Below, in pieces: positions 61,218-64,000 of a stretch of DNA of 64,000 nt. Made by a program: the position numbers and the translations under genes. The notes beneath the pieces are model-generated. The model was not told where the DNA came from. It made no database searches and saw only the letters and a list, made by a program, of their open reading frames with translations. Each line of letters starts with the position of its first letter. Within the stretch, counting starts at the first letter, position 1. Source of the stretch: Candidatus Delongbacteria bacterium (GTDB taxonomy: Bacteria; CAIWAD01); the NCBI GenBank assembly GCA_963663545.1, contig OY760505.1:288001-352000 (forward strand), given 5' to 3'.

Positions 61218-63998
61218 CTATTTCAACAACAACAAGCGCTGCACTCGCATCTCACCCCCGACCTGCACACTGAGCAGATAGACACCGGAGGCAAGCATGG
61301 CACCGTCCACTTCCAGATCATGATCACCGGCGGCCAGGGTGCCTCGCAGGATCTCATGTACCAATTCACCGCGCAGGTTGTAGAGACGCGCGTGCACCTG
61401 CGACTGCTGTGGTAACGACAAGCTCAGGTGACACACGGGATTGAAGGGATTGGGATAGGGTGTTCCCAGGCGGAAAGCCTCCGGCGTGGCCAGCGGTGCA
61501 GCCACATCCAGTGCACCGTCCACCAGCGAGAGTTCGTCCACGTAGTAGCCGACGTTCAGCCCGTTGGTGTCGAAGTCGCTGAAAAGCCGGAAGCGAATGC
61601 GCAGCGTTTCCTCGCCCACAAACTCACCCAGCGAAATCTGGTTGTTGTGCCAGGTCGAACCACCCGTACGTGTGGCAACCGTGTTCCAGCTGCTGCCCTG
61701 ATCGGTGCTGACTTCAACAAACACAAAGTCGTCGTCCTGCTCGAGGAACCAGCATTCCCATAGCTCCAGACATACATCGTCGGGCGCGCCCACCAGACAG
61801 AAGTCGTAGTCCAGCTCAGCGGTGCTGTTATCGTTGGCACTGTAGAAGCCGGTGTCGCTGGTCCCCAGTGCCCACTCGCCCTCGTGCACACGCATATCCT
61901 GGGCGGTCCAGCCACCCTGTAGCGACCAAAACTCCGTCTGGTATTCGGGGAAGTTGTCGATGAACTGGTACTGCCCCAAGCTAATCTGCACCGTGTCGCT
62001 GTGACCCGCGTTCGGAATTTGTGCCTGATCATCGGCACCAAGACGGAAGAAGAGCTCGTCCTCGGTGGCTTCGTCCAGCGCAAGCTCGTAGGTCCAGACG
62101 CCAGCCTCTTCGTCACACTGCAAATCGGCGACAAACTCCCACTCGCTGCCGTTGCTGCTGCGTTCCAGCCAGACTTGGTTCACACCCAGATTGTCATAGG
62201 CTTCGGCTTGAATGTCGAAGCGGCCCGTGTGGCCGATGAGATCGTGCGGTGCTTCTACAAAAACGGTCACTGGCGGAGTGGTATCGGCGCCAACGCGGAA
62301 AGAGAACCAATCTTCACCCGCGGGCAGCGAACTGAAGAAGCCCACCGTATTGCTGACTTCCAGCCTGTAGTCGATGCTCTGGTCATTGAAGGGGCCAGGT
62401 ATGGCGGCGTGATACAAAAGTTGCGTGGAATCGGGCAACATCTCCACATCCTGAGTTTCACCGCCGTCCACGCGATAACGCAACAGGAAGGAGTCCACCG
62501 GAATGGCCGTGCTCAGCGTAGCATAAATCTCAAAGCTGGTTTGCGTCAGATCCTCGCTATCACAGAGGGGCTCGTGCTGGATGCTCGCAGGACTGGCAAA
62601 GCCCAGATACTGCAGATCGTCGATGTACCAGCCCGGCGCAGTCACCTCTCCATCCGAGAACAGATTGAAGCACAGGGCTACTTCATCTCCGGGTTCAACC
62701 AGCTCCGTCAGGTCCAGCACATCGCGCACCCAACCATCGCTGTAACCGTTGAAAGCGGGAACATAGGACCAGATATTGCTCTCCGGCGTTGTGAAATCGT
62801 AGCCATCAACAGGTGTGATATTCTGCCAAGGACCTTCATTGATGGAAATCTGGCAGTTGGCACCATCCCAACCCTCTTCGATAGCGTACCAGTGGTGGAA
62901 GTGAATGATCGCGCGCTGGTCGCTCTCAACGACCTGGGATGGGAAAATGAGCTGATGCAGCGAGAAGTCCTCGTAGTGACCGCTGAGATTGGTCGCCCAA
63001 ACCCGGTCTCCCGAGTGCGCTCCCCAAGGTCCGCTTTGCGGTTCACCCCAGGCCCAGACGCCATCACCCTCGGCGGCACCGTCCTCGTCTTCAAAATCAA
63101 GCAGCAAGCCATCCGCGTAGCCATAAGTGACCCTATAGACGCTTTCCGGCGCATCTGCAGGCAAGCGCAACACTTGGTCCAGTGAGTTCAGCACATCCAA
63201 ATAGAGACTGACCATCGTACCGAGAGCTTGACCGGGCAGTACGCCCTCCCAGCCGTCCTCCAGCTGGACACAGGGCGTGTACTGCGTGTCGGCGTCGCTG
63301 GTCCACCATACAAGCTGAATGCCCTCTGGTTGCAGGATGGTGGGCAGGCTGAGCTGCACGTGTAGCGGCAGGTCCTCCATTGGCATCTGGAAGAAGGGCA
63401 CATCATCCTCGACATAGAGCTCAGCGCCGATCCAGGCGAGATCCGTGCCAATACCATGGTTGTTGAAGGCCTCGTTCAACTGTGCGAAGTGTGGCGTCAA
63501 GTTGCCCAGGTCGCCGTCGTCATCATCCACCACCAACACTTCGAGAAAGTAATCGAAGTAGCAGCGGCCAAGGTCCACATCGTCAGCGGTTCCCCAACGG
63601 GCAAAGTGCACCAAGTTGCTGATCAGGTCAATGTCACCGGTCAGCAGGCGCGCATCCCAGATGGCGCCACCCATGAAGCGTCCATCGGCGTGGCTCTCGC
63701 CTTGCATGTCTTCGGGATAGTGCAGCGTGTTGCTCAAGTCGCGTAGCGCCCATCCGGGAGCAACATAGTCCACGTCCATCTGCAACACGGCAGTCGCGTC
63801 GGCCAAGCCCTCGTGAAGTGAAGCATTGGCCATGCCACCTACGCCCGCCTGCTGGTAGACGCGATCGTTGATCCCGTGACCATACTCGTGATACAACACT
63901 CCCGCAAGCTGCGCCGTGTTGGGGCAGCCGCCGCCTTCACGATAGAAATTGATGGAGCTGCCATCCCAATAGGCATTGCATGTAGCATTGATGTTGAC
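61218..63998 (-). CDS. Large secreted zinc metallopeptidase (thermolysin/M4-M36-like) with YPNPFNP sorting domain; 5' end lies beyond the window
   Basis: Frame open to the window end: CNAYWDG...YHEYGHG...LHEGLAD; cleaved-adhesin-like domains; C-terminal PYPNPFNP...RLLLLK. Confidence 0.85.
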   Translation of the reverse strand, partial: VNINATCNAYWDGSSINFYREGGGCPNTAQLAGVLYHEYGHGINDRVYQQAGVGGMANASLHEGLADATAVLQMDVDYVAPGWALRDLSNTLHYPEDMQGESHADGRFMGGAIWDARLLTGDIDLISNLVHFARWGTADDVDLGRCYFDYFLEVLVVDDDDGDLGNLTPHFAQLNEAFNNHGIGTDLAWIGAELYVEDDVPFFQMPMEDLPLHVQLSLPTILQPEGIQLVWWTSDADTQYTPCVQLEDGWEGVLPGQALGTMVSLYLDVLNSLDQVLRLPADAPESVYRVTYGYADGLLLDFEDEDGAAEGDGVWAWGEPQSGPWGAHSGDRVWATNLSGHYEDFSLHQLIFPSQVVESDQRAIIHFHHWYAIEEGWDGANCQISINEGPWQNITPVDGYDFTTPESNIWSYVPAFNGYSDGWVRDVLDLTELVEPGDEVALCFNLFSDGEVTAPGWYIDDLQYLGFASPASIQHEPLCDSEDLTQTSFEIYATLSTAIPVDSFLLRYRVDGGETQDVEMLPDSTQLLYHAAIPGPFNDQSIDYRLEVSNTVGFFSSLPAGEDWFSFRVGADTTPPVTVFVEAPHDLIGHTGRFDIQAEAYDNLGVNQVWLERSSNGSEWEFVADLQCDEEAGVWTYELALDEATEDELFFRLGADDQAQIPNAGHSDTVQISLGQYQFIDNFPEYQTEFWSLQGGWTAQDMRVHEGEWALGTSDTGFYSANDNSTAELDYDFCLVGAPDDVCLELWECWFLEQDDDFVFVEVSTDQGSSWNTVATRTGGSTWHNNQISLGEFVGEETLRIRFRLFSDFDTNGLNVGYYVDELSLVDGALDVAAPLATPEAFRLGTPYPNPFNPVCHLSLSLPQQSQVHARLYNLRGELVHEILRGTLAAGDHDLEVDGAMLASGVYLLSVQVGGEMRVQRLLLLK

Positions 63999-64000
63999 GT

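Overview
A GC-rich bacterial chromosome segment. The many secreted proteins ending in a YPNPFNP-type C-terminal sorting domain, together with flagella and C25 peptidases, suggest an FCB-superphylum lineage (inference). (1) 1-17.6 kb: a sigma54-driven flagellar operon flgBC-fliEFGHIJ-motE-like-fliK-flgDE. Its FliK is giant (~2695 aa) and contains ~40 copies of a 141-bp/47-aa repeat; FlgE is also enlarged. (2) 17.8-30.8 kb: an AT-richer accessory island between two long, palindrome-rich, mutually inverted repeat arms. It holds a vapBC-type TA pair and an integron cassette array with four intact attC sites and no intI in the window. The cassettes encode DUF4062-Mrr, REase-like-SIR2, a HEPN-motif protein, a two-gene cassette (2TM+DUF5919-like with a DUF89-like phosphatase-methyltransferase fusion), a secreted beta-helix protein and a frameshifted DUF1801 gene. 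(3) imuB-dnaE2 and an acyl-CoA ligase. (4) Two tandem gingipain-like C25 peptidases, each with a sigma54 promoter and a conserved leader hairpin. (5) A ~5.8-kb tandem duplication of two secreted-protein genes with swapped variable regions, bounded by copies of the tgt 3' end. (6) tgt, a candidate sigma54-dependent sRNA/small ORF, an ATL/MGMT-family gene and a partial HEXXH metallopeptidase. Domain calls come from motif recognition by eye, not database searches.
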